Shown in pieces: positions 30,637 to 40,604 of a stretch of DNA of 64,000 nt (the first letter of the stretch is position 1; each line of letters begins with the position of its first letter). This stretch comes from Alphaproteobacteria bacterium (GTDB lineage: Bacteria; Pseudomonadota; Alphaproteobacteria; UBA828), in contig CAXXVO010000012.1 in the NCBI GenBank assembly GCA_963422645.2, positions 64,001 through 128,000 of the forward strand, in the 5' to 3' direction. Made by a program: the position numbers and the translations under genes. The notes under the pieces were generated by a model. It ran no database searches. It was not told where the DNA came from and worked only from the letters and a program-made list of their open reading frames with translations.

Positions 30637-31454
30637 GTCTCTTCCCGCCTCCGGCGGAGGTAGATCGGGCCGAATGGCTCCATTTGGCGGATCTGCAGAT
30701 GGCCCTCACGCGCGAGCTCCAGCGACGCCGCGAAGGTGCTCGCGAGGCCTGAGCGGGCGGACGCTTCGCTCTCGGGGCTGGGGCCGCGGGGCAGGAAGCG
30801 CGCCAGGGTCTCCCAATCCGGCGTGCTGCCCAGCAACTTCGAGAGACGCTTGTAGGCCTCTTCCATCGAATGATAGGCGCTGAGCTCGATCAGCAGGCCG
30901 AGAGGCTTGCGGCGGATGCGATGAAGGGCGTAGGCCCTCAGCAGCTCGACGAGCGTGCTCTCGTGCAGCGCCTCCTCATGGACCGGCAGGCCCTCGGCCG
31001 CGCCGGCGGCGAAGATGTCTCGCCCAAGCTGCGGGCGGTCCATCAGCGCGGCCGCAGCGTCCCGCATCGCAGCCAGGCGCCGCAGCCTGAAGGCGAGCGC
31101 GGCCGCCATCTCGGGCCCGCTCGGCTCTTCGTCCTCGATCTCCTCGTCGGGCAGGAGCAGGCGCGACTTGAGGTACGCGAGCCACGCCGCCATGACCAGA
31201 TAGTTGGCCGCGAGTTCCAGGCGAAGCCGCCGCGCCTGGGCGACGTAGGCCAGGTATTGCTCGGCCAGCGCCAGAATGGAGATGCGCGCGAGGTCGACCT
31301 TCTGATTACGGGCGAGCGTGAGCAGCAGGTCGAGAGGCCCTTCGAAGCCGTCAAGATTGACGATCAGCTGTGGCTCGTCGCCGGCGGCACGAGGATCACG
31401 CGCGGGCGAAGCCTCCGCGCTGGCGTCGTCTTCGAAGGGTGTCAGATCGACCAT
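30633..31454 (-). CDS. scpA: Segregation and condensation protein ScpA
   Basis: FEGPLDLLL, YLVMAAWLAYLKSRLLLP. Confidence 0.95.
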   Translation of the reverse strand: MVDLTPFEDDASAEASPARDPRAAGDEPQLIVNLDGFEGPLDLLLTLARNQKVDLARISILALAEQYLAYVAQARRLRLELAANYLVMAAWLAYLKSRLLLPDEEIEDEEPSGPEMAAALAFRLRRLAAMRDAAAALMDRPQLGRDIFAAGAAEGLPVHEEALHESTLVELLRAYALHRIRRKPLGLLIELSAYHSMEEAYKRLSKLLGSTPDWETLARFLPRGPSPESEASARSGLASTFAASLELAREGHLQIRQMEPFGPIYLRRRREET

Positions 31455-32146
31455 GACACCAATGCCTCCACACCGAAGAGTTCGACGATCAACTCGAAGC
31501 CCGCGGCCGTCGGCGGTAGCACGATCGCGGCCAACGGGCTGAACGCGCTGCCGAACTCCGCCGCTATCAGCGGCACGATAAAGAACGCGACCAGCACGGC
31601 AACTATACCGAAGCGCTCGAGTCGCGCGAAACGCTCGGCGTGGCGCGGCGGCAGCAGCCCATGCACCACGCGTCCGCCGTCGAGCGGCGGCACCGGCAAC
31701 ATGTTGAAGATGGCCAGCACCAGATTGATCACGATGCCGAGCGTGAACGTCGTCTGCCACCACTCGGCCAGCAACGCCGGAAACGCCGGCGCAGCATGGA
31801 GCAGGACTGCCGAGACGCAGGCCAGGAGAATGTTCATCCCCGGCCCGGCGAGCGCCACCAGGACCATGCCGCCGCGCGGGTTGCGGAGCCTCGCCGGATT
31901 GACTGGCACCGGCTTCGCGAAGCCGAACACGAAGGGCGCGCCGAGAGCGATCAGCGCTCCCGGCAACAGAATGGTGCCCACGGGATGAACGTGCCTGATT
32001 GGATTGAGCGTGACCCGGCCGAGCCGCTTCGCCGTGTCGTCGCCGAGCTTGAGCGCGGCCCAGCCGTGGGCGGCTTCGTGCAGCGTGATGGCGAAGAGCA
32101 CCGGTATGACCCAGACCGATGCGGCGAGGAGCCACGCCTCGGTCAC
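31442..32146 (-). CDS. Site-2 protease (M50)
   Basis: HEAAH, NMLPVPPLDG. Confidence 0.9.
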   Translation of the reverse strand: MTEAWLLAASVWVIPVLFAITLHEAAHGWAALKLGDDTAKRLGRVTLNPIRHVHPVGTILLPGALIALGAPFVFGFAKPVPVNPARLRNPRGGMVLVALAGPGMNILLACVSAVLLHAAPAFPALLAEWWQTTFTLGIVINLVLAIFNMLPVPPLDGGRVVHGLLPPRHAERFARLERFGIVAVLVAFFIVPLIAAEFGSAFSPLAAIVLPPTAAGFELIVELFGVEALVSWSI

Positions 32147-33177
32147 TGGGGCGACACCCGGGCCAGCAAGGCCTCCAGCTCGAGGCGGCCAGCGGCCTCG
32201 TCGAACGAATCGGGCTCGTGCCGCGCAGATCGCATGCAGTCGAAGCGCTCCCGCGCGCGGCCGGCGAGCCGTGGCACCGCCGCCACGACCTCCTCCATTT
32301 CGGTACGCTTGCCGTTGCAATGAAGGGCCAGGTCGCAGCCGGCCGCGAGAGCGGCCGCAGCCCGCGCGCCAACCGGCCCGATCAACGCTCCCATGGAGAG
32401 GTCGTCGCTGAAGAGCAGGCCGTCGAAACCGATCGCGCCCCGCACGGCCTCGTCGATCACGGCCTTGGAGAGCGTACCCGGTCGTTCCGCGTCGAGCGCC
32501 GTGTAGCAGACATGGGAGGTCAGGCCCGCCGGCACGTCACGCAGGGCCCGAAAAGGCGCGAAATCGAGGGTGCGGAGCGAGGCGAGCGAGGTATCGACGC
32601 GCGGCAGTACCGCGTGACTGTCGGCAGTCGCCCGGCCATGCCCGGGCATGTGCTTGACCGCAGGCACGATGCCGCCCGCACGCAAGCCCTCCGCAACCGC
32701 GCGGCCCAGCCGGGCCACCGTGTGCGGATCGGCACCGAGCGAACGGTCGCCGATGACCGTGCTGGCCTCAACGAAGCGGAGGTCCAGCACCGGGGCGCAG
32801 TTGACCGTGATCCCGAGAGGATAGAGGTCCGCTGCCACCAGTCGGGCGCTCAGCGAGGCCGCGCACACACCGGCAGCCCCGTCGATCTCCGCCAACGCAC
32901 CGAGTAGCGCCGGCGGCGGCGGCGCGCGCCAGTGCGGCGGGCCGAGGCGGGCCACCCGGCCGCCCTCCTGATCGACCAATACCGGCGCGTCGGGTCGCGC
33001 GACCGCATCGCGCAGTGAGGCGACCAGGGCCCGCACTTGTTCCGGGCTCTCGCAGTTGCGCTTGAACAGGATGAAGCCCGCCGGATCGGCGTCGGTCATG
33101 AAGCGGTACTCGCTTGCGTCGAGCGCTGTGCCCGCGCAGCCAAGCACCACCGCCCTCGGTGCGGCGTGCGACGTCAC
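32143..33177 (-). CDS. nagZ: Beta-N-acetylhexosaminidase
   Basis: DQEGGRV, KHMPGHG..DSH, SDDLSM. Confidence 0.92.
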   Translation of the reverse strand: MTSHAAPRAVVLGCAGTALDASEYRFMTDADPAGFILFKRNCESPEQVRALVASLRDAVARPDAPVLVDQEGGRVARLGPPHWRAPPPPALLGALAEIDGAAGVCAASLSARLVAADLYPLGITVNCAPVLDLRFVEASTVIGDRSLGADPHTVARLGRAVAEGLRAGGIVPAVKHMPGHGRATADSHAVLPRVDTSLASLRTLDFAPFRALRDVPAGLTSHVCYTALDAERPGTLSKAVIDEAVRGAIGFDGLLFSDDLSMGALIGPVGARAAAALAAGCDLALHCNGKRTEMEEVVAAVPRLAGRARERFDCMRSARHEPDSFDEAAGRLELEALLARVSPQ

Positions 33178-33184
33178 GCCCGCC

Positions 33185-34465
33185 TCAATCCCGGGGCACG
33201 AAGCAATCGAGCCCGCGCGTCTTCAGCTGCGCACAGACCCGCTGCGCCGCCGCTTGGTTGCTGAGAGGGCCGGCGCGCAGCCGGTAGGTGATGCCGCTGG
33301 CGCCGCTGTCGACGGGCATGATCAGCGGGCTGAGGCCGATCAGCACGTCCTCGTGGCGGCGGCGCAGCATCTCCCAATGACCCTCCAGCGGCCCTCTGGA
33401 ATCGGCGGCACCGAGCTGGACGTATCGCCAGGTGCGGGAGTCAGATTGCACCGGCGCTGGCGCAGTATCCTGCGGGGCGGCGACGGTCTCTTGGATCGTG
33501 CGCTCGGCCGGCGCTGCCCTTGCGACGCGGGCCGGCTTGTAAAGCGGCAATGGCACCGGGTCCTCGTCCTCCGAAAGCAAGGGTTCGGACGGCGCCTCGG
33601 GCTCTCGCTCTTGCTGCAGCAAGTCCTCGATCAGGGCCAGTGTTTCGGGCTCTAGCTCCGGCAATTGGTCGTCTGCGACCTCTGGCTCGGCTTCCGGCGG
33701 AAGAGCTTCGCTCATGGCTGGTTCACCGAGATCCGGTAGCGGGGATTCCTCGATTCGAGCAGCCGCCAGCGTTCCCGGCTTGGGCGGCGGCGGCAGCAGG
33801 ATCCCGTCGATTTCCGAAATCTCCGATTCGAGCGGAATCGCCTCCTCGACCGAGATAGGATCCGCCGGCGCCTCGGATTCCGTCAGGAGTTCTTCCTGGA
33901 CCCCGGCGATTTCGGGCGCCTCGGGCTCAACCGGCGTCGCCTCCTCGACCGGCGGGGGCGCCGGCTCGTCGACAATGACCGTATCCGGTTGTTGCGTCGC
34001 GACCTCGTTCGCCGCACCGGATGCCGCAACCGCGAGCTCTTCGGCGCGGTCGGCCTCGGGCAAGGGCGGGCTCAGGGGCTCCTCCGGCGGCGGCAGGATC
34101 CGCTCCGGCGCTTCCTCGGGATCGGCCGTCGTCAGCGTCTCGTAGATCAGCGTGCCCTGGTTCGGAATCTCCATGCCGCCCGGATCATCGGGTCGGACCT
34201 TCCACGGCTCAACCGATGCGGCAATGAGCGGCACCGAAGTCTCGTCGGAGGACGATGGCCCGCCCCCCATACGCTCCGTCACCGCCCACGCGCCGCCTGC
34301 GAGCACTGCAGCGCCCAGGAGAAGCCACACCGGGAGCAGTCGAGGGCGCCTGCTCTCGGCCCCTTCCTCGCCGGCGGGCTCCGCCGGCTCTTGCTGCTCC
34401 TGCGGCTCTTGCGGGCTCGGCGGCTCGGGCGCCGACGGGGCCTCGGGGCCGTCTTCGCCGCTCAT
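33185..34465 (-). CDS. SPOR-domain cell-division protein
   Basis: TM helix, acidic/Pro linker, VQLGA..YRLRAGP..C..L..GLDC. Confidence 0.85.
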   Translation of the reverse strand: MSGEDGPEAPSAPEPPSPQEPQEQQEPAEPAGEEGAESRRPRLLPVWLLLGAAVLAGGAWAVTERMGGGPSSSDETSVPLIAASVEPWKVRPDDPGGMEIPNQGTLIYETLTTADPEEAPERILPPPEEPLSPPLPEADRAEELAVAASGAANEVATQQPDTVIVDEPAPPPVEEATPVEPEAPEIAGVQEELLTESEAPADPISVEEAIPLESEISEIDGILLPPPPKPGTLAAARIEESPLPDLGEPAMSEALPPEAEPEVADDQLPELEPETLALIEDLLQQEREPEAPSEPLLSEDEDPVPLPLYKPARVARAAPAERTIQETVAAPQDTAPAPVQSDSRTWRYVQLGAADSRGPLEGHWEMLRRRHEDVLIGLSPLIMPVDSGASGITYRLRAGPLSNQAAAQRVCAQLKTRGLDCFVPRD

Positions 34466-36216
34466 CGCATCTCCTGCACCGGCTCGACTCCGAAGAGCGC
34501 CAGCCCCTCCGCAATAACGATCTTGACGGCGCTGATCAATGCGAGCCGAGCCCGCGTCTCGTCCGGCCGCTCGCCATCGACAATGCGAAGCCGCGGGTCG
34601 TCCTTGCCCCTGGTCCAGAGCAGATGAAAGTCGGCCGCAGTCTCATGCAGATAGAAGGCGATACGATGCGGCTCGTGGGCCAGCGCGGCGCCGGCCATCA
34701 CCCGCGGCCACTGACACAGCCGCCGGATCAGATCCAGCTCGGCTGGATCGCTCAGGCAAGAGAGATCGGCGCACGAGAGAAGGGCGGGCGTGAGCTCGGC
34801 TTCAGGCACGATCTCTGCTCCGCGGCGCAGCGCCGAGCACGCCCTGGCGTGGGCGTACTGGACGTAGAACACCGGGTTGTCCCGCGACTGCTCCAGGACC
34901 CTGCGAAGGTCGAAGTCAAGCGGCGCGTCGTTGCGGCGCGTCAGCATGATGAAGCGGACCACATCGCGGCCGACCTCGTCGACGACGTCGCGAAGCGTCA
35001 CGAAGCGCCCCGCGCGCTTCGACATCGCCACCGGCTCGCCGCCGTCCAGCAGCTTCACCATTTGGCATATCATCACATCGAGGGTCGCCGTCTCCTCGGA
35101 GAGCGCCGAGACGGCAGCCTTCATCCGCTTCACATAGCCGCCGTGGTCGGCGCCCCACACGTCGATCAGGTCGCTGAAGCCGCGCTCGATCTTGTCGCGG
35201 TGATAGGCGATATCGGTGGCGAAGTAGGTCCAGGTGCCGTCAGACTTTCGCAGCGGCCGGTCAGTGTCGTCGCCGAAGGAGGTGGCGCGGAAGAGGTCCT
35301 GCTCGCGTGGCTCCCAGTCCTCGTCGCGCTTGCCCTTGGGCGGCTCCAGCACGCCGCGATAGATCAAGTCGCTTGATTCCAGAGCGGCATACGCGTCATC
35401 CACTCGGCCTTCGGCGACCAGCGCGCGCTCCGAGCTGAACACGTCGTGCCGCACGCCGAGCGCATCCAGATCTTCTCGTATGAGGTCCATCATGGCGTCG
35501 ATGGCGAAGCTGCGGACCTCCGGCAGCCAGGTCGATTCGGGCTCCTCCAGCCAACGCCGGCCGTCGCGTGCGGCGAGTGCCTCGCCCACGGGCACCAGAT
35601 AGTCCCCCGGGTAGAGCCCCTCGGGAATGGCGCCGATGGTCTCGCCGCACGCCTCGCGGTAGCGGGCATGGACCGAGCGGGCGAGCGTATCGACCTGCGC
35701 GCCGGCGTCGTTCACGTAGTATTCCCGCGTCACGTCGAAGCCCATGTGCGAGAGCAGATTGGCGAGCGCGTCGCCCACCACCGCTCCCCGTGCATGGCCG
35801 ACATGGAGCGGCCCGGTGGGATTGGTGGAAACATATTCCACGTTTATGCGCTGCCCTTGACCCAGGTCATGCGCACCGTATCCGGGCCCGGTGACGAGCA
35901 GTTCGGCCAACCGCTCCCACCAGAATTCGTTGGTGAGCCTCAGGTTGACGAAGCCGGGTCCGGCAACCTCGACCGCGCGAATCTGCGGATGCACTTGCAA
36001 CCGTTCCGCCAGATGCTCGGCGATCTCGCGCGGCTTGCGGCGCGCCTGCCTGGCGAGCACCAGCGCCGCATTGCAGGCCGCATCGCCGTGCTCCGCATCG
36101 CGCGGCGGTTCGACAAGGACCGCCGAAAGATCGAGCCCCGCGGGCAACGCGCCGGCATTACCCAATGCTTCAATCTCTTCGCGAATAACGCCCGACAAGT
36201 AGCTGAAAACATTCAT
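34462..36216 (-). CDS. argS: Arginine--tRNA ligase
   Basis: [24 protein letters not shown]. Confidence 0.97.
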   Translation of the reverse strand: MNVFSYLSGVIREEIEALGNAGALPAGLDLSAVLVEPPRDAEHGDAACNAALVLARQARRKPREIAEHLAERLQVHPQIRAVEVAGPGFVNLRLTNEFWWERLAELLVTGPGYGAHDLGQGQRINVEYVSTNPTGPLHVGHARGAVVGDALANLLSHMGFDVTREYYVNDAGAQVDTLARSVHARYREACGETIGAIPEGLYPGDYLVPVGEALAARDGRRWLEEPESTWLPEVRSFAIDAMMDLIREDLDALGVRHDVFSSERALVAEGRVDDAYAALESSDLIYRGVLEPPKGKRDEDWEPREQDLFRATSFGDDTDRPLRKSDGTWTYFATDIAYHRDKIERGFSDLIDVWGADHGGYVKRMKAAVSALSEETATLDVMICQMVKLLDGGEPVAMSKRAGRFVTLRDVVDEVGRDVVRFIMLTRRNDAPLDFDLRRVLEQSRDNPVFYVQYAHARACSALRRGAEIVPEAELTPALLSCADLSCLSDPAELDLIRRLCQWPRVMAGAALAHEPHRIAFYLHETAADFHLLWTRGKDDPRLRIVDGERPDETRARLALISAVKIVIAEGLALFGVEPVQEMR

Positions 36217-37424
36217 CTCCACAGCACCGTATCGAAGAGATCGCGATGTTCCTGGATGGCGAAGCGATCCGTCATTCCGGCGACGTAGTCGGCAACCACG
36301 CGCGCTGTACTCAATGTTCGCGGACCGTCGCACCGGGTCCGCCACTCCTCCGGCAGGCACTGCGGCTCCTCGATGAAGAGCTCGAAGAGCTCGCGCACGG
36401 TCCGGCGCGCCTTGCTGGCCATCCGGTTGACCTTGTGATGACGATACATGCGCTCGTGCAGAAAGGCCTTCAAGGCCTCACCGTGGTCCTGCATCGTCGC
36501 CGAGAAGGCGATCAACGGTGCGCCGTGGTTGCGCACGGCCTCGACGTCCCCAAGCCCGGCTTCTGCCAGGCGCCGCCCGCTGGAATCGATCACGTCTTCG
36601 ACCATGGCGCCGATCATGCGGCGGACCATCTCGTGAATCCGGCGGCTTTCCTCGCCGCCCGGATTATCGGTGGTCACGTCTTTCAGAATCGTCCCCACCA
36701 GGGGAACGTCCCGCAGGTCATCGACGGCGAAGAGGCCCGCGCGCAGCCCGTCGTCCACGTCGTGATTGTTGTAGGCGATATCATCTGCCAGCGCAGCGAT
36801 CTGGGCCTCCAGGCCGGCGTGGGTGTCGAGCTCCAGATCGTGCCGGCCCGAGTAGGTCTCGATGGCGCCGGGGGTTGCATCCGCCGGACGCGGGCCATTG
36901 TGCTTCGCCACCCCTTCCAGGGTCTCCCAGGTCAGGTTCAGGCCGTCGAAGTCGTTATAGCGCTGCTCCAGGGCGGTCAGGATGCGCATGGTCTGCGCGT
37001 TGTGATCGAACCCGCCGTAAGCAGCCATCGCCTGGTCCAGCGCGGCCTCGCCGGCATGGCCGAAGGGCGGGTGCCCGAGATCGTGAGCCAGCGCGAGCGC
37101 CTCGGCGAGGTCTTCGTTCACACCGAGCACGCGGCTGATCGAGCGCGCGATCTGCGCCACCTCCAGGCTGTGTGTCAGCCGGGTGCGGTAGTGATCCCCC
37201 TCGTGATAGACGAAGACCTGGGTCTTGTGCTGAAGCCGACGGAACGCCGCGCAGTGGATGATCCGGTCGCGGTCGCGCTGAAAGGCCGTCCGCGTGCGGC
37301 TTTCCGGCTCCTGATGGTGGCGCCCGCGGCTCCGCTCGGGGAACGAGGCGTAAGGGGCTGCCGCGAATTGCAGGGCAGATGTCGCCACACCTGACGCAGA
37401 GATGGCGCTCGTGCTCAAGCTCAC
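36213..37424 (-). CDS. dgt: dGTP triphosphohydrolase (start uncertain)
   Basis: [28 protein letters not shown]. Confidence 0.93.
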   Translation of the reverse strand: MSLSTSAISASGVATSALQFAAAPYASFPERSRGRHHQEPESRTRTAFQRDRDRIIHCAAFRRLQHKTQVFVYHEGDHYRTRLTHSLEVAQIARSISRVLGVNEDLAEALALAHDLGHPPFGHAGEAALDQAMAAYGGFDHNAQTMRILTALEQRYNDFDGLNLTWETLEGVAKHNGPRPADATPGAIETYSGRHDLELDTHAGLEAQIAALADDIAYNNHDVDDGLRAGLFAVDDLRDVPLVGTILKDVTTDNPGGEESRRIHEMVRRMIGAMVEDVIDSSGRRLAEAGLGDVEAVRNHGAPLIAFSATMQDHGEALKAFLHERMYRHHKVNRMASKARRTVRELFELFIEEPQCLPEEWRTRCDGPRTLSTARVVADYVAGMTDRFAIQEHRDLFDTVLWR

Positions 37425-37933
37425 ATCTCGCTTTCAGGCCCGCGGATCGCGTGCAGCCGCTTGGTCGGCAGCATGATCGGCGGCGGCACCGCGTAGAAGG
37501 TGTGGACCTCCGGCGCGGCCTCCTCCGATTCGGCCTCATCGCTACCCTCTTCGGCCGAGCGGATCACCACATCGTGGCCCGAGCGCCGGGTCTCGCGCAT
37601 GACCGACTGAAGCCGCTGGGCCGCCGCCTGGTCCCAGGGCAGCGCATAAAAGCGCGGCGTTCCATCGACGGAAAGCCAGAGATAGATCGCTTCGTCCTCG
37701 CGCAGTGCGGCCGAGAGCACCCGCGCGCCCGCTACGCTCTCCAGTTCGGAGGAGAGTGTCTTCGGCCGCGATAACAGCATTGAATAGCTGAAATAGCCGA
37801 TCACGACGAGGGCGGCGAACAGGACCACAGCAACGGCTTTCCAAAGCGCCCGTCGCCGGGACCAGACCGCGATGCTCGCGAGCGCAGCACCTACAAGCGC
37901 CAGGACGATGTAGAGGTAGGCGAAGCTATCCAC
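37421..37933 (-). CDS. Hypothetical membrane protein
   Basis: Two TM helices; coupled to neighbours. Confidence 0.7.
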   Translation of the reverse strand: MDSFAYLYIVLALVGAALASIAVWSRRRALWKAVAVVLFAALVVIGYFSYSMLLSRPKTLSSELESVAGARVLSAALREDEAIYLWLSVDGTPRFYALPWDQAAAQRLQSVMRETRRSGHDVVIRSAEEGSDEAESEEAAPEVHTFYAVPPPIMLPTKRLHAIRGPESEM

Positions 37934-38248
37934 CCGGCCGCACCTCGCGAGAGCGGAGCTGGGATTGCGCGTATTCCCGTATCAGCGAGAGCCTGACGTC
38001 GTTGGCGCTGCCGTGTACGAGCGCGCCCTTGCCGGTCAGTGCAAAGCGGAACACGGTCGTCTCGTGACGCGGATAGCGCAGCTCGACCTCTTTATCGAGG
38101 ATCGGAGTCGGCCTGTCCTCCCCTTCGCGCTTGACGCTGACTACGACCTGGACCTGCACCGGCGTCGGGCGAATGGGGTCCTCCAGACGGTAAGCCTGGA
38201 CGTTGACGATCCACTCGCCGGGCACGATGCCCCGACTGTAGACAATCT
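37926..38248 (-). pseudogene. Hypothetical protein, 5' end removed by IS66
   Basis: IVYSRGIVPGEWIVNV begins exactly at the IS66 end. Confidence 0.65.
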
Positions 38249-38350
38249 GTAACTGCCCAGGTCTGATTCTGCCGAGCACTCGGACGTGATGGATTGATGG
38301 TTCTGACCAGCCAGGGGTCAGGCGGCGCTTTCCCGGAGCAGCGCAGGATT

Positions 38351-39892
38351 TCAGAAGCGCAATAAGGGGATCAGCTGGATTGGATCGGGGTGCGCCAGGG
38401 TTTCGAGGACATTCCAGCGCTGTTTTCGAGCGGTGGCGATGACGGATCGCAGGTTTGCGAAGTCGCGGGCGCCTTGTATCGAGCGGAAGCCGCCTGAGAT
38501 TTTCTGGCGCAGCTTGCCCATTCGGAGGTCGCGCTCGGCCTCGTTGTTGGAGAAGGGGGTTCGCGGATCGGTGAGGAAGCGCAGGCACCCCTCCTTGTAC
38601 TTCTGGAGTCGGAGGGCGAGGTTGTGACCGATGCGGCGCTTTTGTCGTCCGCGCTTTCCGGTCTGGAGCGGTGGCATTTCTTCGTGAGAGGCGATGGCAC
38701 GTTCGAGGATGCGGTCCCAGGCTCGCGAGATGCGGGCCACCAGTGAGGCGGGCACGTCGCGGTCGTTCTTGTGGGCGAAGCGGGCGGCTCTGTTGGCACG
38801 GATGAGGAGCCGGTGCGTGCTCGTTGCCCAGTCTTCCTTCTCGATCTCGATGAGGGCTTGGAGCTCGCGCAGGTGATGGGCGTTGCAGGCCCCGTGGCGC
38901 ACGCCCTCGAGAGCGAAGTAGGTGGCGTAGTCGTCATGGATGACGATGCCGTTGAGCTTCTCGTCGATGTGGCTGCGCCCGGTGGCGACGCGCAGGATGG
39001 TGAGCAACGGGGTGCACAGCACATGGAGCCAATGGGTCCGGGCGGCGATGCGGATGCCGGTCTCGTCGAGGTGTTTGACTGGGGCTGCGGTGCGGATGAT
39101 CTCCGCGAGGCGATCGAGGAAGCCCTCGAAGCGCCGGGCGGTGCGCCTTCCCATGGCGACGATGGTGGCTGTTGAGAGCTTGACCGCGAAGAGGTCGCTC
39201 ATGACCTCGGCGACCCGCTTCTCGGGAATGAACTGAGCGTGCAGCAGGTAGGTCACCCACGCGGTGATGCGCGGCCCGTATTGGACCGGTGCGCTCACGC
39301 CGTTCGGGAAGACGGCTGTCGTCACGGTGCCGCAGGCAGCGCAGAGGCAACGATGGCCGCGATGTTCGGTGACCTCGAGGGGCTGCGGCTCGGGCACATC
39401 GAAGACCTGCCGGCAGACGGGGGCTCCGTGACGGTCAGCGTCCGACAGCGGCGCGCCGCAGCCCTCACAGGCGGACGGATCATGATCGACGACATGGTCG
39501 GGCGTCGCGGTCCGCTCCAGGGTAGTTCCCTTGTGGCCCGGCTGGCCGCCACTGGGCCTGTCGGACTTGCCGCGCTGGCTCCGGGTGCGCTTCTCCCGGT
39601 CACCGCTCTTCTTCTTCAGACCGTCGCTGGCCGGCGGCTTGGAGCTGGTGGTGCTGTCGAGCGCGGCGCTGCGCTCGAGTTCGGCGATCCGCTCGCGCAA
39701 GCGGGCGTTCTCCCGCTCCAGCGCGTCGTTCTCCTTGACCAGGGCCGCGCTCAGGCGCAGCAACCTCTGGCCCCATTCCCGAATGGCTTTGACGGCGGTC
39801 ATTGCGAAGGATTGTGGGGTGAAAAGGTCCTGCAGGCACGCGAAGGCCTCGTCGTGGGCAGCGAGGTCCTCGTGCCAGCGCGACACTGTCAC
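38351..39892 (-). CDS. IS66 transposase
   Basis: SSKPPASD, Zn finger, HLDETG, CNAHHLREL, NNEAERDLR. Confidence 0.93.
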   Translation of the reverse strand: MTVSRWHEDLAAHDEAFACLQDLFTPQSFAMTAVKAIREWGQRLLRLSAALVKENDALERENARLRERIAELERSAALDSTTSSKPPASDGLKKKSGDREKRTRSQRGKSDRPSGGQPGHKGTTLERTATPDHVVDHDPSACEGCGAPLSDADRHGAPVCRQVFDVPEPQPLEVTEHRGHRCLCAACGTVTTAVFPNGVSAPVQYGPRITAWVTYLLHAQFIPEKRVAEVMSDLFAVKLSTATIVAMGRRTARRFEGFLDRLAEIIRTAAPVKHLDETGIRIAARTHWLHVLCTPLLTILRVATGRSHIDEKLNGIVIHDDYATYFALEGVRHGACNAHHLRELQALIEIEKEDWATSTHRLLIRANRAARFAHKNDRDVPASLVARISRAWDRILERAIASHEEMPPLQTGKRGRQKRRIGHNLALRLQKYKEGCLRFLTDPRTPFSNNEAERDLRMGKLRQKISGGFRSIQGARDFANLRSVIATARKQRWNVLETLAHPDPIQLIPLLRF

Positions 39893-40557
39893 GAACCCTC
39901 GTCGGCCTCGACGGCCATGATCGCGGCCAGCACCGCCAGGCGTTCGCCCGCCGGCATGGCCTCGTAGCGCCGGCCCCAGTTGGCCGCCTTGCGCTTGATG
40001 CACTGGCGCTCGGTGAAGTTCCGGCCGGCGAAGCTCGCCCAGTGCACCCGGTCAGGCGCGAAGTTGAACCACACGACCTCGGTCCGCACCTGGGCCTGGG
40101 TCGTCACCTGCAGCGCCAGCCGGCGCCAGCCCGCCAGCAGCTCGTCATAGAGCGCAGACGGGTGGCCCGAGACCATCACCTGGCAGGGCAGACCCTTGAG
40201 CAGTTCGAGGAGCGCGACGTGGTCGGCCTCCTCGTACTCGAAGCGGTAGCGCTGCGACGAACGCCGGGTCGCGTGCAGATAGGGCGGATCGCTGTAGACC
40301 AGCTCCGGGCCCAGAAACGGGAACGAGGCCAGGAAGGAATGGGCGCAGCCGTGCACCAACTCCACCGGGTAGTCGCAGCCAAAGGCCTCAAGCGCCCGCT
40401 CGTCGCGGTCGATCCCGATCGAGCGCATGGCCGCAGGCTTGCGCTTCATCAGCGCCCCGCCCCCAAGATGGCTCTCGATATAGACAGAGTGCGGCGGCAT
40501 CAGCGCAATCAGCGCCTAGCTCAGACCGGTCGTCGCCTTCGACCCGAAATACCCCAC
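39889..40557 (-). CDS. Dam-like DNA adenine methyltransferase (in-frame TAG at codon 14; restart possible at 40500)
   Basis: GYFGSK, YIESHLGGGA, YSDPPY. Confidence 0.8.
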
Positions 40558-40604
40558 CGGCTGCTCCTCTCATGCGAGAGTGCAACCCATAGGCGAGAGA
40601 ACCT

